Source: an uncultured Hyphomicrobiales bacterium
Lineage (GTDB): Bacteria > Bacteroidota > Ignavibacteria > Kapaibacteriales > UBA2268
DNA length: 64,000 bases
Direction of reading: 5' to 3'
Assembly (NCBI GenBank): GCA_964581505.1
Contig: CAZOOR010000006.1
Coordinates: 8,781 to 72,780 of the forward strand
The position numbers were made by a program, and so were the translations under genes. Shown here piece after piece: positions 61,776 to 64,000 of this stretch (within the stretch, counting starts at the first letter, position 1; the number at the start of each line of letters is the position of its first letter). The notes beneath the pieces are model-generated. The model saw only the letters and a program-made list of their open reading frames with translations, was not told where the DNA came from and searched no databases.

Positions 61776-61928
61776 CAGATATTAAAAAATCATTTAATAA
61801 CTTCATTTTTGTTAGATATACTCAATTACATATATATATCTTATTTGCAATACAAACATAGTTGGATAAACTGATATATGTAAATTATATGCGAAAAATT
61901 TATTATATTGCGTTTATACAGGTGTTAG

Positions 61929-62762
61929 GTGTTATATGAGAGAAGCAATATGAAAGTAACATTATTAAATAAAACACTATGGAAACAGTATTTTACTGTT
62001 TTAGGAATAATTGGAGTTATAACAAGTTTTGTTACAATATTTGTTACAATTGATGATAAGTATAAATTATGTTCTGGGATAATTTTTTTAATATTTTTAA
62101 TTCTTGTTTTTCTTTACTTGCTATATATGGCAAACCATTTAGATCGAATTAAATTAAAAATTAATGGCTTACTCATAAACATTTTCTATGGAGACATATT
62201 TGAAGCACAAGGTCTTAAAGTAATTCCTTTTAATGAATATTTCGACACTGTTGTTGATAATAAAATTATTGCAGAGAAAACATTGAATGGTAAATTTATT
62301 AAAAAGTATTATTCTAATGTTAATGAACTTGATACTCAAATAGAAACAGCGTTATCTGATAAGCCATTTACAACTAATAATGCAAGAGCATTAGGGAAAA
62401 AGAAAAAATATGAATTAGGAACAACGATTGAAATTGAGAATGAATATCTTTTAACAGCATTCACTCACTTTGATTCTAAAAATAAAGCATACCTTTCAAA
62501 AATCGAATATTTACTATGTTTAGACAAATTATGGAAAGAGTTGAATAAAATATACGCTCAACGAGATATTAATATTCCATTACTTGGTTCTGGAATTTCT
62601 AGAATTGGAAACAACTTGAAACTTCAAGATTATTTAAATATTATTCTCACTTCAATAAAACTATCAGATTTAGATAATGCTTATAATACAGCAATAAATA
62701 TAATATTACACGAAAGTGTAAAAAATGAAATTAATTTATTTGAAATAAAATCAAAATTTTAA
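61929..62762 (+). CDS. Two-TM + Macro-domain protein, type II Thoeris ThsA-like effector
   Basis: Two hydrophobic helices (YFTVLGIIGVITSFVTIFVTI; LCSGIIFLIFLILVFLYLLYMA) then a Macro-like domain: INIFYGDIFEAQGLKVIPFNEYFDT, LLTAFTHFDSK, INIPLLGSGISRIGN (compare DarG IAIPPLGCGNGGL). Alternative start at Met 61950. Very AT-rich. Confidence 0.5.
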   Translation: MLYERSNMKVTLLNKTLWKQYFTVLGIIGVITSFVTIFVTIDDKYKLCSGIIFLIFLILVFLYLLYMANHLDRIKLKINGLLINIFYGDIFEAQGLKVIPFNEYFDTVVDNKIIAEKTLNGKFIKKYYSNVNELDTQIETALSDKPFTTNNARALGKKKKYELGTTIEIENEYLLTAFTHFDSKNKAYLSKIEYLLCLDKLWKELNKIYAQRDINIPLLGSGISRIGNNLKLQDYLNIILTSIKLSDLDNAYNTAINIILHESVKNEINLFEIKSKF

Positions 62763-62773
62763 AGGAGACTATT

Positions 62774-63343
62774 ATGGCAAACAGAACGGGAAATTACAGT
62801 ACTTTCTATGTAAAAGAACCTTTTAAAGAAACAAATTTAGGAGCTAACATAGCAAAGGATTTTGTGTATTATAACACATTGAGAATGTGGAAAGGCAAAG
62901 ATTCGTCCTTCCCATTTATTGACTCTCATATGAAAAATTATAATGTTAGAGATGGAAGTGATTGGGAAACTACTTTAAAACCAAGATTAAGAGCAAGATT
63001 AAGTGCATCAAAAAATATTATCTTGTTTTTAAGTTCGATAACTAAAAGTTCAAGAGCATTAAGGGAAGAAATAGATTATGGGATTAATATAAAAGGACTT
63101 CCTGTTATTGTTATTTACCCTGAATACAATAGTATAAGTAATATTATAAATTGTTCATCTGGAACAATTAAGAAAAAAATAAAAGATCTTTGGGATAAGT
63201 TGCCAATATTTAGAAACTCTATGGATAGTGTGCCTACTCTTCATATTCCAATGAAAAAAGAAATAATCACAAAAGCATTAAAAGAGCCTAAATTTAAAGT
63301 TGCAACAAAGGGAGAAGCAGGAATATATTATTACCCTTGTTAA
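62774..63343 (+). CDS. TIR-like protein, ThsB-type (DUF1863/MTH538-like)
   Basis: 189 aa; aligns by eye to the Bacillus cereus ThsB pattern: YSTFYV versus VFFSFHY; FIDSHM...LKPRL...NIILFLSSITKSSRALREEIDYGINIKGLPVIVIY versus VFDASLW...LKRLI...VTCVLIGSQTFNRRWVRYEIMKSIEKGNKIIGIHI. Confidence 0.45.
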   Translation: MANRTGNYSTFYVKEPFKETNLGANIAKDFVYYNTLRMWKGKDSSFPFIDSHMKNYNVRDGSDWETTLKPRLRARLSASKNIILFLSSITKSSRALREEIDYGINIKGLPVIVIYPEYNSISNIINCSSGTIKKKIKDLWDKLPIFRNSMDSVPTLHIPMKKEIITKALKEPKFKVATKGEAGIYYYPC

Positions 63344-63546
63344 CCTTTTAAAATGAAACCAATATAAACAGAAAATACAACACCTAACATTGTGTATAAG
63401 CAATGGCGGGCAAAGTGCTAAAAATGAACAAATATGAATAAAATAAACAACAGTGAAATAATAAAAGTTAGTGCGGAAAAACCCGCCACTGCTCATACAC
63501 TTGGCCGTTAGCGGGCATATGAATTAAAAACCAAATAGGAAAAAAA

Positions 63547-64000
63547 TGGATATTTTAACAAAATCAGAACTATTAAGTTATAGTAAGGCAAAGAAAACTT
63601 ACACAAGAATAACTGAAAGTCTTAAAACTTTCAGTAGAGAAAGCAAGTATAATAAAGTTACCATATTTCTATCCCACAAGCACACTGAAACTGATGAATT
63701 AGAAGCGGCTATTAGTTTTTTAAAACAATTTGGTGTTGATGTGTATGTTGATTGGATGGATGAAGAAATGCCAAAATATACGAGTGGTAAAACTGCTGCT
63801 AGAATAAAAAGCAAAATTGAAGAGAATGATAAATTCATTCTTTTAGCAACTGACGGTGCAATAGCATCAAAATGGTGTAATTGGGAGTTAGGCTTGGGAG
63901 ATGCTCATAAATATATTGATAAAATTGCTGTTTTACCTGTAAAAAAAGATTATGGACAATATAATGGTTCAGAATATTTGCAGATATACCCATACATTGA
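63547..64000 (+). CDS. TIR-domain protein (TIR_2-type), second ThsB-like gene; 3' end beyond the window
   Basis: Translation from ATG 63547: VTIFLSHKHTETDELEAAISFLKQFGVDVYVDWMDEE...IKSKIEENDKFILLATDGAIASKWCNWELGLGDA is a canonical bacterial TIR signature; no stop before position 64000, so absent from the ORF track. Confidence 0.6.

Noticed and set aside
1-64000. Prophage, transposon, IS element or integron content
   Set aside because: No integrase, transposase, recombinase, terminase or capsid-like ORFs, and no terminal inverted repeats with transposase were recognised anywhere in the window.

Overview
This 64 kb window looks like chromosome from an AT-rich FCB-group bacterium (Bacteroidota/Ignavibacteriota/Calditrichota-like). 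Several secreted proteins end in Por/T9SS-type C-terminal sorting domains, a sigma-54 gene is present, the ribosome-binding sites are weak, and one gene resembles the HEXXH-type M49 peptidase described from Calditrichota. Most of the window is housekeeping: rpsD, ilvE, cstA, murG, nadC, nadA, trmB, an iron/thiamine-type ABC importer, nadK, lgt, glyA, pyrD, rpoN, leuS, rlmN, kdsB and tRNA-Pro(GGG). Scattered among these are T9SS cargo genes (a GH51-like glycosidase, a 1288-aa adhesin-like protein with seven tandem Ig-like repeats, a BNR/sialidase-like protein) and an ECF sigma/anti-sigma pair. Two accessory modules stand out. The first is a DarT/DarG pair (DNA ADP-ribosyltransferase toxin plus macrodomain antitoxin) at 23.5-25.2 kb. 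The second is an AT-rich, apparently horizontally acquired locus at 61.9-64.0 kb encoding a two-TM+Macro protein followed by two TIR-type proteins, which fits a type II Thoeris-like anti-phage system; it is cut off by the window edge. Other notable items are a dispersed family of hairpin-plus-core intergenic repeats (at least five copies), a small radical-SAM/flavoprotein/isochorismatase-like operon next to the tRNA, and a pair of tandem about 65-nt direct repeats upstream of a DUF4143-type AAA ATPase. No CRISPR array, integrase, transposase or prophage block was recognised. All calls rest on reading the translated ORFs and the DNA by eye; no searches were run.
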